Of a stretch of 64,000 nucleotides of DNA, positions 33,909 through 43,514 are shown one piece after another (within the stretch, counting starts at the first letter, position 1; the number at the start of each line of letters is the position of its first letter). Below the pieces are notes generated by a model. It saw only the letters and a program-made list of their open reading frames with translations, did no database searches and had not been told where the DNA came from. The translations under genes and the position numbers were made by a program. This stretch comes from Thermodesulfobacteriota bacterium (GTDB lineage Bacteria > Desulfobacterota > Desulfarculia > JACQYL01), in NCBI GenBank assembly GCA_963675595.2, contig CAXXLZ010000002.1, positions 608,001 through 672,000 on the forward strand, given 5' to 3'.

Positions 33909-35234
33909 ATGGATCCACTCGTCGTCGGCGGTATCGTCATTCTCATTGCCACCGTGTTCCTGTTCAGCGGCATGCCCATCGCCTTTGCTTTAGGAGTGAC
34001 CTCCCTCGCGGCCATGTTGTTGTTCATGGATTCGTATCAGATCAGCGTCTTGGCGGAAACGACCTTTGAAGGAGTCAACGACTTCGGAATGCTCGCAATC
34101 CCCCTGTTTATCTTTATGGGTATGATTGCGGCCCTTACCCGTGTCGGGTCGGACCTTTACGAGTGTTTCCATCGCTGGCTGTACAAGGTGCCCGGCGGCT
34201 TGGGCATCGGCAACATCGCCGCCTGCTCCATTTTCGCGGCTCTTACGGGATCCAGTCCGGCCTGCGCCGCCGCCATAGGCACCATGGGAATTCCCGAAAT
34301 GCAAAAACGCGGTTATCCCGACGGCCTCGCCACGGGAATTATTACCGCGGGAGGCACCCTCGGTATCTTGATCCCGCCCAGCGTAACCATGATCGTCTAT
34401 GGAATGGCCACGGAAACCTCCATCGGCAAGCTCTTCATCGCGGGGATCCTCCCCGGGCTGTTGATGACCGTACTTTTCGCTTCCTGGGTTCCTTTCTCCT
34501 ATTTGCGGAATCGGAAGTCACAAACGGCCGCCGGTCTTGAAACGCCCCCCGAAAAAGCCTACGGACTCGCGGAGCGCCTCTCCATCACCATCAAAATTCT
34601 TCCACTGGTCATCGTGGTGGTGTTGGTACTCTCTTCCCTTTACACGGGCTGGGCCACGCCCAGCGAGGCCGCAGGAGTCGGGGCTTTCCTGGTGCTCGTC
34701 GTGGCCATGGTCTTCTACCGCATTTACAGAGTCCGGGATTTGAAGGCCATCCTGATGCGTACGTGCAAAGAAAGCACCATGCTCATGATGATCATCGCCA
34801 CCTCGTTTCTTTTCGGTTCGGTGTTGACGAATCTGTACGTCGCACAGACACTCGCCCAAATCATCGTGGAGCTCGACGTCAACCGATGGGTCATCATGGC
34901 GTTGATCAATGTGCTGCTCCTCATGGGGGGATGCTTTCTCCCGCCCGTGGCCATCATTCTGATCATCTGTCCTATACTGCACCCCATCATCACGGGATTG
35001 GGATTCGACCCGATCTGGTTCGGCGTCGTCATCACCTTGAACTTGGAGGCGGGTCTCATTACGCCCCCCGTGGGGCTGAACCTTTACGTGGTGCAGGGCA
35101 TCGCGCCACAAATTCCCTTGTACCGGGTACTGCGGGGCTCGATCCCTTTCGTGTTGCTCCTGTTGCTCGGAATCGTCGTCCTGTCCGTCTTTCCACAAAT
35201 CGCTACCTGGCTGCCGAACAAAATGATCGGCTGA
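33909..35234 (+). CDS. dctM: TRAP transporter large permease
   Basis: AIPLFIFMG, GSSPA, GGTLGILIPPS, ITPPVGLNLYV. Confidence 0.95.
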   Translation: MDPLVVGGIVILIATVFLFSGMPIAFALGVTSLAAMLLFMDSYQISVLAETTFEGVNDFGMLAIPLFIFMGMIAALTRVGSDLYECFHRWLYKVPGGLGIGNIAACSIFAALTGSSPACAAAIGTMGIPEMQKRGYPDGLATGIITAGGTLGILIPPSVTMIVYGMATETSIGKLFIAGILPGLLMTVLFASWVPFSYLRNRKSQTAAGLETPPEKAYGLAERLSITIKILPLVIVVVLVLSSLYTGWATPSEAAGVGAFLVLVVAMVFYRIYRVRDLKAILMRTCKESTMLMMIIATSFLFGSVLTNLYVAQTLAQIIVELDVNRWVIMALINVLLLMGGCFLPPVAIILIICPILHPIITGLGFDPIWFGVVITLNLEAGLITPPVGLNLYVVQGIAPQIPLYRVLRGSIPFVLLLLLGIVVLSVFPQIATWLPNKMIG

Positions 35235-35262
35235 GACCGCTCTTTCAACGAAGGATGCATCC

Positions 35263-36795
35263 ATGAACGCAGCACAACTCCTTAACGAGTCCGCTTGTCG
35301 ACGGCCGCAAAAGCCGGCCGTTGTCTTTGAAGGCCGGCTCTGGACATACGAAGCCGTTGACCGGGAGGTGGAACGTTACGCGGGCATGCTCGATGCCCTG
35401 GGAATCCGCAAAGGCGACCGTGTGGCCCTCCAATTGCCCAAGCGCATGGAGTTCCTCTTCCTGCATTTCGCCGCCGTCTCTTTGGGAGCCGTATCCCTTC
35501 CCCTGAATTCCGACTACCGTGCCGAGGAAATCCACTATTTCCTCACCGATTCGGAAAGCTCGATCTTCATCACCGACCCGGAACGATTCGCTCGTTCCCA
35601 AGCACGCCTGAGAGAAATCGAAGGACTACGGACGTTCCTGGTGGACGGAGAAGAGCAAGGCGCCGTCGGTATGGAGAAAGCCCTGGAAGCCGCACCGGAA
35701 GGCTTTTCCAGGCCCTATGCAGCCGGAGGCCGTGAAACCGCCATGATCTGCTATACTTCCGGCACCACGGGTCGCTCCAAAGGAGCCATGATCACCCACG
35801 AGAACCTGATTTCCAACAGCCGGGCGCTGGCTCAGGCCTGGCAATGGACGGAAGACGACGTTCTGCTGCACGTCCTGCCCCTGTTTCACGTTCACGGCCT
35901 GAATGTGGCCGTCCTCGGCAGCCTCCTGGTGGGAGCCTCCATCCATATGCATGAGAAATTCAATCCTTCCCGAGCGTGGAAGGAAATCGAACGTCAACGG
36001 TGCACGCTCCTTATGGGCGTTCCCACCATTTACCAGCGGCTGGTTAACGAATGGGAAACCATGGACGCCAAGCCCGACCTCTCGGCCATGCGTGTTTTCA
36101 TTTCCGGTTCCGCTCCGCTTTCGGACAACTTGTTTCACCGTTTCGAAGAACTCACCGGTTTTCGCATCATGGAACGCTACGGCATGAGCGAAACCGGCAT
36201 GAACACCAGCAACCTCATGGATCCCGCCGGGCGCAAGGCCAAGAGCGTCGGCTTCCCGCTGCCCAGGGTTTCCATCCGGGTGGTGGGAGAAGACGGCTCG
36301 GACGCGGCTCCCGGAGCCGTGGGGGAGGTGTGGATCAAAGGGCCCAACGTGTTTTCGGGCTATTGGCGGATGCCGGAGAAGACGCGCGAGTCTTTCTCCG
36401 GTGAATACTTCAAGTCCGGGGACCTGGGCTACCTGGATCCTGCGGACGACGACCGGCTCTACCTGGTGGGCCGCTGCAAGGAACTCATCATTACCGGAGG
36501 GTACAACGTCTATCCGAAAGAAATCGAAAACGTGTTGGAAAGCCACGAAGCTGTTCGGGAATCCGCCGTGGTGGGACTCCCGGACGAAGACTTCGGAGAA
36601 CGGGTCACCGCGGTGGTGGTCCTCAAAGAAGGAATGACGGTAACCGAAGAAGAGCTCACGGCTTTGTGCAAGAGCCGCCTGGCGGGCTACAAGTGCCCCA
36701 AGCGAGTTTGTTTCGTGGAGGCTCTGCCCCGCAACGCCATGGGCAAGATTCAGAAAAACGTGATCACCAAAGAGCTGATAGACCGCCGTCCTTGA
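35263..36795 (+). CDS. matB: Acyl-CoA synthetase, malonyl-CoA synthetase (MatB)-like
   Basis: YTSGTTGRSKGAM, LPLFHVHGL, ERYGMSETGMNTSN, KGPNVFSGYWRMPEKT, LPRNAMGKIQK. Confidence 0.82.
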   Translation: MNAAQLLNESACRRPQKPAVVFEGRLWTYEAVDREVERYAGMLDALGIRKGDRVALQLPKRMEFLFLHFAAVSLGAVSLPLNSDYRAEEIHYFLTDSESSIFITDPERFARSQARLREIEGLRTFLVDGEEQGAVGMEKALEAAPEGFSRPYAAGGRETAMICYTSGTTGRSKGAMITHENLISNSRALAQAWQWTEDDVLLHVLPLFHVHGLNVAVLGSLLVGASIHMHEKFNPSRAWKEIERQRCTLLMGVPTIYQRLVNEWETMDAKPDLSAMRVFISGSAPLSDNLFHRFEELTGFRIMERYGMSETGMNTSNLMDPAGRKAKSVGFPLPRVSIRVVGEDGSDAAPGAVGEVWIKGPNVFSGYWRMPEKTRESFSGEYFKSGDLGYLDPADDDRLYLVGRCKELIITGGYNVYPKEIENVLESHEAVRESAVVGLPDEDFGERVTAVVVLKEGMTVTEEELTALCKSRLAGYKCPKRVCFVEALPRNAMGKIQKNVITKELIDRRP

Positions 36796-37012
36796 ACTCT
36801 CCGGTTTGTTTGAAACGCTCCCGCAAGCCGCGAGGGATTCCCCTGGAACCGCCCATGAACTCTCAAGCACGGGGTCGCCCTATGTTGCGGCCCTCGTTGC
36901 GTCGCCTATTCCGGGAGCACGGCGGAGGTCACAGGAAGGAACAAGGTTTCAACTAATATCCGTTGCTGCGCCCCCGGGCGCAACGAGAATCCGCAAAGAG
37001 GCGCCGGACCAT

Positions 37013-37459
37013 TTACTCATGCTCATTGTGGGCTGTTTGGTTTTCCACCTCAGCACGCAGAAACCCTTCCAGCTTTTCCAGCAGCGCCTCCGGTTTTCGG
37101 GTTTCGCATTCCCAGACCACGAGTACCTTCCAACCCTGCTCCTCCAGTTCGCGCCGGTTCCGATGGTCCCGCTCCATGTTGCCGTCGAGCTTCTTGTTCC
37201 AGAATTCCCGTCGTGTGGACGGACGACCGGAGCGAGGGCATCCTTCGTGCCCGTGCCAGAAACACCCGTGCACAAAGATCACCTTGCGGTGACGAGGCAA
37301 CACGATATCCGGGTTGCCGGGCAAGTCCCGCCGATGAATACGAAATCGAAACCCCAGGCGGTGAATGACCGATCGAACGAGAATTTCGGGTTTGGTGTCG
37401 CGTCCCTTGACGCGCCCCATGATCCAGCTTCGCTTGTCCTTGGAGAAGACGTCGGTCAT
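37013..37459 (-). CDS. vsr: Very short patch repair endonuclease
   Basis: DVFSKDKRSWIM, DTKPE, LPGNPDIV, FVHGCFWHGH, VVWECE. Confidence 0.95.
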   Translation of the reverse strand: MTDVFSKDKRSWIMGRVKGRDTKPEILVRSVIHRLGFRFRIHRRDLPGNPDIVLPRHRKVIFVHGCFWHGHEGCPRSGRPSTRREFWNKKLDGNMERDHRNRRELEEQGWKVLVVWECETRKPEALLEKLEGFLRAEVENQTAHNEHE

Positions 37460-37460
37460 C

Positions 37461-38663
37461 TCAATGGTCGTTCGTCGTCAGCAATTCATACACCACGTCG
37501 GCGATGCGGGCGGCCAACAACGGGGGCACGGCGTTACCGATTTGTTTGGCGATTTCCACTTTGGTCCCTTTGAAGGTGAAATCGTCGGGGAATGATTGAA
37601 GCCGCGCCGCTTCCCGGTGCGTGATGGGGCGATGCTGTTCGGGGTGAAGATATCGACCCTTTTCCGGTTTGAAGAATTCCGTTCGAATGGTGAACGCGGG
37701 ACGATCCCACCACAACCGACCGAAGAGGTCCGTCCCGCCGGACTTTTTTCGAATCCAACAGCCCGGAGTGATTTCCGGGGCTCTCCTCTGAAGGTCGAAG
37801 CGATTCATTCCCTCCTCGGGAATCGCCTGATATCGCATCAGGCTGACGGCCGTGGGATTGCGGCCGAAATGCAGGTCCAAGGGTGCGGACCCGTGTCTGA
37901 TTTCCGTTCCCGCGGGCGGCGGCAGGTCCTGTACGGCGTGGCGGACCGTGCGCCAACGGACCGCGCCGGGGAGATATCCGCCCGTCTCCGAGGCGAACGG
38001 CTCGCCCCCATCGGAAGGATCGTAATGCGATCTGAGCGGCGGGAACACCGTCTCCGGATCGCGGAACCTGCAACCGATAAGAATCGCTCGTCGGCGCGTT
38101 TGCGGAACCCCGTAGTCCGCCGCGCACAGGACCTCTCCGCAAATCCGAAACCCCATGGCTCGGGCGGCCCGTAGAATTTCGTCGTGTTCCCGTGTGCCCA
38201 GCAGCTGAGGCACGTTCTCCATGACGAAAACGCTCGCCCCCGATCTTTCCACAATGTCCAGAAACGGGCGCCAAAGCTGTTTACGCGGATCCCCTTCCTT
38301 CTTCTTGTTCAAGAGGCTGAAGCCCTGACACGGCGGCCCCCCGACCACCACCTCGGCCTTCGGAATCACAAGCCCCGGATCATTCAACAAATCCACGACA
38401 TCGCCGCAGACACAATGATCACCGAAGTTCGCTTTGTAGGTTTCCACACAATACGCGTTGGAATCGTTGGCCCAAACCGGATCGAAGGGCCGGCCGAAGC
38501 GATGGGAGAATCCCAAGGACATCCCCCCCGCCCCGCAAAAGGCGTCAATGAGCCGGAAGCGCTCCGTCTTGCTTTCGTTCGATGGAGTGCGTTGCTCCTC
38601 CACCATGGGATTATCCGGATTTTCGGCCTTACCGCTTTGTGATGACATATCGTTGTTGTTCAT
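37461..38663 (-). CDS. dcm: C5-cytosine DNA methyltransferase
   Basis: FCGAGG (motif I), GGPPCQGFS (IV), ENV (VI), YGVPQTRRR (VIII), REAARLQSFPD, QIGNAVPP (X). Confidence 0.95.
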   Translation of the reverse strand: MNNNDMSSQSGKAENPDNPMVEEQRTPSNESKTERFRLIDAFCGAGGMSLGFSHRFGRPFDPVWANDSNAYCVETYKANFGDHCVCGDVVDLLNDPGLVIPKAEVVVGGPPCQGFSLLNKKKEGDPRKQLWRPFLDIVERSGASVFVMENVPQLLGTREHDEILRAARAMGFRICGEVLCAADYGVPQTRRRAILIGCRFRDPETVFPPLRSHYDPSDGGEPFASETGGYLPGAVRWRTVRHAVQDLPPPAGTEIRHGSAPLDLHFGRNPTAVSLMRYQAIPEEGMNRFDLQRRAPEITPGCWIRKKSGGTDLFGRLWWDRPAFTIRTEFFKPEKGRYLHPEQHRPITHREAARLQSFPDDFTFKGTKVEIAKQIGNAVPPLLAARIADVVYELLTTNDH

Positions 38664-38762
38664 CGGAGATCAATAAAGAGGGAATCCTCCGCCATGCCCC
38701 TTTCGTGGATCAATAGGCGCTCGGCCTCGTGAACCGACGCACCCCCGGATACGCTTCCTACA

Positions 38763-40055
38763 CTACTCGTTCTTTGCATGCCAGCGAGTCATGTGATCCG
38801 CGTGGGTTCTCAGGTAGGAACCCGGCTCGTAGAACCGATCGTAGAAGTCCAAGTCCAGGTGGTGAGCCTGAAGATAGGTGATTACGTAGATCGAAGGAAC
38901 CGTTGCGGGGAACTTGCCGAAAGTGTCCAGAACGTATTGCGCCTGGAGGGCCACGCATTCTTTGAACTCTTCGCTGTGAATCTGCGCCGCGGACCGAACC
39001 TTGGCCGACTCTTTCCAGGGACCCGGCGTGTCAGGGTGAAAGGGTCCGCCCGGTCCGAACTTTCGTCGGCAGACCGCTTCCACCGCCGCGTGCATGTCGG
39101 GGTAGCGGGGAGGACAGAAGCCCTCCATGACGCCTTCCAGGCCGGTGACATTCGGGTAAGGCTTGCCGGGTTGGGTATCGAACCGGAACCCTAGTCCGGG
39201 CACTTGAGGATCGCCCGACGCACCGAGCACGCCCAAGGGGTCCATACCGTTGAACATCCAACCTCCGAGTCCCATGGCCTGCAGCATCAGCGCACCGGCG
39301 TAACACGACGTGGACAGCTCCGAGGTCATCTCTCCCAGGGAAACTTGTTCCACAAAGGTCAGGGGCCAATAGTTGTCTTCGTCCGCCAAATGCTTGTAGC
39401 GCTCAATGCCCGGAATCGGTCCATCGTGAATATCGTCCCACAGAAGAATCCCGTTTTGAAGCATGTAGAACAGATTCAGGAGCACATGCTGCGCCAGGTC
39501 GCCCACGGGAATCACCAGTAAGGTGCCCGGATGGTTGACCACCCAGGTGTTGTGCGCCTCGACGTAAGGCGGTTTCATGGGTACTCCGAGCCTGCCGTCC
39601 TGGAGCTTGCGTATCCGGCTTTTCAATTGGGACAGGATTTCCTCGATCTCCATGGAACCGTCCGGGTTCCGATCGGCAAAGGAAGGGGCGTCGCGGGCGT
39701 CCAGAACATAGACTCCGTCGTCGTCGGTGAAGAAAGTCCGGCTCGTATGAAAACCCGCGGCGGAGGGGAAGGTACGGCCTCCGGCGGCGGCCGCGTAATT
39801 GGACAAATAGGGGGCGTACCGGGCGCCGCGATAAATCAGGTAATGCCAGTTGGTGTTGGTCCCGCAAGCCCCCACCACCAACAGCTTCTCCAGGTCGGTC
39901 AACGGCAGCACTTCCCGTTTGGACTTGTAGGCGAACACGCCGTCCTTGATTTCAGCACCCTGAAAAACCCGGCGTGAGCGACGTCCCAGAAGGGCTTCCA
40001 CCAATCCGAATCCAAGCATGTCCTGAAACCCGGGGGGAAGGGAAAATTTCTTCAT
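38763..40055 (-). CDS. Hypothetical protein, probable nitroreductase-like FMN fold
   Basis: LLGRRSRR and RTFPSAAG resemble FMN-binding motifs; QAMGLGGW; good SD (GGGAGG). Confidence 0.55.
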   Translation of the reverse strand: MKKFSLPPGFQDMLGFGLVEALLGRRSRRVFQGAEIKDGVFAYKSKREVLPLTDLEKLLVVGACGTNTNWHYLIYRGARYAPYLSNYAAAAGGRTFPSAAGFHTSRTFFTDDDGVYVLDARDAPSFADRNPDGSMEIEEILSQLKSRIRKLQDGRLGVPMKPPYVEAHNTWVVNHPGTLLVIPVGDLAQHVLLNLFYMLQNGILLWDDIHDGPIPGIERYKHLADEDNYWPLTFVEQVSLGEMTSELSTSCYAGALMLQAMGLGGWMFNGMDPLGVLGASGDPQVPGLGFRFDTQPGKPYPNVTGLEGVMEGFCPPRYPDMHAAVEAVCRRKFGPGGPFHPDTPGPWKESAKVRSAAQIHSEEFKECVALQAQYVLDTFGKFPATVPSIYVITYLQAHHLDLDFYDRFYEPGSYLRTHADHMTRWHAKNE

Positions 40056-40367
40056 AACAAGCCTCCCTCTCGCACTGGTCGGTTATGGGTCAACGCGGCC
40101 TCACACCCGCTGCTCGGCTCTTCTCCGGAGGTCGCCCCTCTCGCAAGCGACGCCGTTCCTTTTCCGTATCTACGAAAACATCCACAGGCACCGGCGGATC
40201 GCCCGTATTCCAATGGGCCGACCTGCGCTCGAAAGGCGGGGTCGCATGATTTCACTATTCCGAGGAATGGTCGGGCGCCTTCTTTCCCCATTCGGGAAAA
40301 AGGTAGTTTTGCGGTCCAGCTTAGTATACGACGCGGAGATGCACGAAACCAAGGGAACTTGTCTCAT

Positions 40368-40493
40368 CAGGCTGTTGAAAAGCGCGATCCGCGACGTTGC
40401 GCTTCATCCCTCGTCACTGCGACGCACTCTATTATGTCCGTCTCGTTCCTCGGGATTTGCGCGCCTTGCATCTCATCGTTTTTCAGCAGCCTG
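40368..40493. mobile_element. MITE-like element (126 bp) with IS-type terminal inverted repeats
   Basis: CAGGCTGTTGAAAA ... TTTTCAGCAGCCTG (13/14 IR); no coding capacity. Confidence 0.6.
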
Positions 40494-40760
40494 CCGCAAC
40501 CGGCTTTTTTCAACGGGTTGCCGGGGACGAATGTGCGGCATCGGGATTGGATCACACGCTCGGCGGCTTCGTGTGGCAGCTTCGAAGGAACATGGGGAAA
40601 GAAACGGATATGGGAATCACCGGGAGATGAATGCCGGAAGAGACGTCCTCATCTTTCTTTGACTACAGACGTGCAAGCTACCGAGGAGATTCCCGCAAAC
40701 GACCCACGGAATCCGGTTTTGCTCTTCATTGAAAGGCCGATACCCCTTCGCGGTTTCAAA

Positions 40761-41891
40761 TCAGACCACGGCTTCGCCGCGAGTGACTTCGGCTTCCTGG
40801 AACGTAAGCACTTCCGACATCAAACGAGAAGCCGCCCCCAGAATGCCCATGGCCAAAACCGCTCCGGTGCCCTCTCCCAGGCGCATGCCCAAATCCAGGA
40901 TGGGCGAAAGCCCCAAATGCTCGAGCATGATTCGATGAGCCGGTTCCTGTGAGCAGTGACCCGCAAAGAGGTAATCGGTTACCGAAGGGCACAGGGCCTG
41001 AGCAACCAGCGCACCGGCCGTGGAAATCAACCCGTCGATGATCACGGGTCTTCGGCGGTGAGCACCTGCCAGGACCAATCCCGCAATGCCGCCGATTTCC
41101 AATCCGCCCACTTTGCTCAACACGTCCCAACCGTCCTTGGGGTCCGGCTTGTTGCATTCCAGAATCCGATGGAGAACCTCGGCCTTACGATCCAGCCCTT
41201 CCCGGTCCAGCCCCGTGCCCCGGCCCACCAACCCATCCGGAGAACGACCCGTAAGGGCCATCGCCACGGCGGTGGAAGAAGTGGTATTGGCGATCCCCAT
41301 ATCTCCCGTGGCAATCACGTCCGCCCCTCCGTCAATGATTCGCGCACCCACAAGGCAGCCCACCGCGACGGATCGCCGGGCCTGGGACAAGGTCATCGCC
41401 GGGCCGTTGCTCATGTCCGCCGTTCCCCGCGCCACTTTGAGGGCCAGAAATCCGCCCTGTTCGGTGGGCCGGGAGTCTCCGAGGTCCGGAATGATTCCCG
41501 CATCCACCACCCATACCCGTGCGCCCGCCTCTCTGGCCAAAGCGTTGACACTCGCCCCTCCGGCCAGGAAGTTGCGCACCATCTCACCGGTGACCTCCTG
41601 TGGAAAGGCGCTCACCCCTTGGGCGGCCACGCCGTGGTCCCCGGCCATGACCACTACGGCCCGATTTTCGGTCCGGGGAGTCAGCGTCTCGCGAACGGCG
41701 CAGAGTTGTTCCGAAAACTCGTGAAGCCGTCCCAATGCCCGAGGCGGAATCGCCAGCGCCGTGGTGCGACTTTTCGCAGCCTCCAACCATAATTTGTTTG
41801 TGGGTCGAATTTCATCGAGGGTCTTGGACAGAAGATTCCGGATATCCTCATCCGTCATCCGCGTTATTTCATCGTAGTACACGTCAAACAT
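40761..41891 (-). CDS. cobT: Nicotinate-nucleotide:benzimidazole phosphoribosyltransferase
   Basis: PPRALGRL, AGDHGV, VSAFPQEVT, GDMGIANTT, GRGTG, VGGLEIGG, MRLGEGTGA. Confidence 0.95.
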   Translation of the reverse strand: MFDVYYDEITRMTDEDIRNLLSKTLDEIRPTNKLWLEAAKSRTTALAIPPRALGRLHEFSEQLCAVRETLTPRTENRAVVVMAGDHGVAAQGVSAFPQEVTGEMVRNFLAGGASVNALAREAGARVWVVDAGIIPDLGDSRPTEQGGFLALKVARGTADMSNGPAMTLSQARRSVAVGCLVGARIIDGGADVIATGDMGIANTTSSTAVAMALTGRSPDGLVGRGTGLDREGLDRKAEVLHRILECNKPDPKDGWDVLSKVGGLEIGGIAGLVLAGAHRRRPVIIDGLISTAGALVAQALCPSVTDYLFAGHCSQEPAHRIMLEHLGLSPILDLGMRLGEGTGAVLAMGILGAASRLMSEVLTFQEAEVTRGEAVV

Positions 41892-41945
41892 CCTGGTTTC
41901 CTCTTCAGGGCTCCTAATCATCCACATTTGTTCGCGAGTCGACGG

Positions 41946-43499
41946 TTATTCCGAATCCGCCGGTGCACCGGCGGAGCCGATGCCCACGCTGATTTCCTCA
42001 GCGCCCGTTCCACTCGGTGCCGCCCGGACTTCGGACCGACATGCACGTTCCAGCGCTTCCGCCTCACGGGGATCCGGTGTTGAAGGCCATTTGCCGACCC
42101 AGTCGAGCATCTCGCGGAACTTCTCCACGAGACGACGGTTGAGGGTCCGATACGGTTCGGCGTCCGTAGCCTCCCGCCCCCACCACAAGCAGTTTTCCCG
42201 GTCCCCCATCTTCCTGAGAACGTCCAGGCACAAACGACGCGCAGCCCCGGACAGCCAGCGAACCCTTGGATCGTCGTAAAACAACTCTCCTTCGAAGCCC
42301 GCCACTCCCTTGGGTCTCAGCTTACCCTCGGCCTTGGCCTGCTCATAAAGGCGTGTACCTTTCAACGCGATTTGATCGTGATAGAGAAGATTGGCCGTAC
42401 GCCCCAGGCGATCCAGCAGCCCGGCTTCCATCAGAAAGTTCAGGTTCTCCTCGATCTGCGCGAGGGAACTCGTCCGTTCGAACATGATGAAACCGACCTC
42501 CGGTTCCAGACCCGCGTTTCTCACCGTTTCCACGGCCTTCAAGTTGTCCGAGGTGTCGGTGTTCTTGCCCAAGCGTTCCAGCACCCGCCGACTGCCGCTT
42601 TCCAGCCCGATGAGCAGCGAGGTGAGGCCGCAGTCCGCCAGCTCCTGCATGACTTCCGGCGTGAGGTCGTCGGCACGGGTTTCCATTCCCCATGTGACGC
42701 CCGGACTTGCGAGCATTCGAGCGATGCGCATGCCTCGTTCCCGCCCTCGTCGTCCGGGTCCGAAAAAATTCGGGTCCACGAAGTAGAAGTCCCTTTTCCC
42801 GGCTTGCTTCAGATTCGTGATTTCATGGATCACTCCTTCGGGACTTCGACCCCGCCACAAGGTCTTTCCTCCATTCAGAGCGGGAATCAGACAAAAGGAA
42901 CAGCCGTTGTAGCACCCGCGAGAGGCCAGAACGCTCACCGTGTCTTCCGAATCCAGCCCGGGACGCACCGGTTCGGGCAGACGGTCCAGGACGGGCGGCG
43001 GGGTCCCGATCCCGTCGAGGCAGGGTTCCCCGTTCTTCCTTCCCGCACAACCGGGTCCCTCTGGGGAAAGACCGGACAAAATCCTCCGGACGGCTTCAAT
43101 CGCCGTAAGCTCGGGTTCCCCCACCCAGATCAGGTCCACCGCGTCATAGGCCTCCAACAACTCTTTCCACACAAGGCTCGGAAAGAAGCCGAAAAGGCAA
43201 ACGACGCCCCCATATCCCCCGCTTTTCAGGTCCTCCAAAAAGCGGAACAACAACGGCGTATGCTCCCAGAAATAGACCGCGTGCACCGCGAGAATCACGG
43301 GATTGAGCCGCAATACGGTTTCAAGGACTTCGGAGAAGCCCATCCGACGAGCGTCCATCAGATCGACGTCGAATCCCGCTTCCCGCAAAGCCGAGCACGT
43401 ATACCCGGCCATGAGACAGGACCAGAGCGGTGTATTGGCGATGTCGTTGAACCGTTCGGGTGAGGGCAACCTCGGATGTTCGAGCACCAGGACGTCCAT
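41946..43499 (-). CDS. bzaE: B12-binding radical SAM enzyme, BzaE-like
   Basis: N-terminal B12-binding region, SRGCYNGCSFC; second of two radical SAM genes in the bza operon (D/E assigned by gene order). Confidence 0.7.
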   Translation of the reverse strand: MDVLVLEHPRLPSPERFNDIANTPLWSCLMAGYTCSALREAGFDVDLMDARRMGFSEVLETVLRLNPVILAVHAVYFWEHTPLLFRFLEDLKSGGYGGVVCLFGFFPSLVWKELLEAYDAVDLIWVGEPELTAIEAVRRILSGLSPEGPGCAGRKNGEPCLDGIGTPPPVLDRLPEPVRPGLDSEDTVSVLASRGCYNGCSFCLIPALNGGKTLWRGRSPEGVIHEITNLKQAGKRDFYFVDPNFFGPGRRGRERGMRIARMLASPGVTWGMETRADDLTPEVMQELADCGLTSLLIGLESGSRRVLERLGKNTDTSDNLKAVETVRNAGLEPEVGFIMFERTSSLAQIEENLNFLMEAGLLDRLGRTANLLYHDQIALKGTRLYEQAKAEGKLRPKGVAGFEGELFYDDPRVRWLSGAARRLCLDVLRKMGDRENCLWWGREATDAEPYRTLNRRLVEKFREMLDWVGKWPSTPDPREAEALERACRSEVRAAPSGTGAEEISVGIGSAGAPADSE

Positions 43500-43514
43500 T
43501 CCGTTAACTCCTTC

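Noticed and set aside
38763-40055. bluB (aerobic DMB synthase)
   Set aside because: About twice BluB length, with no BluB-specific similarity I can recognise; kept only as nitroreductase-like.
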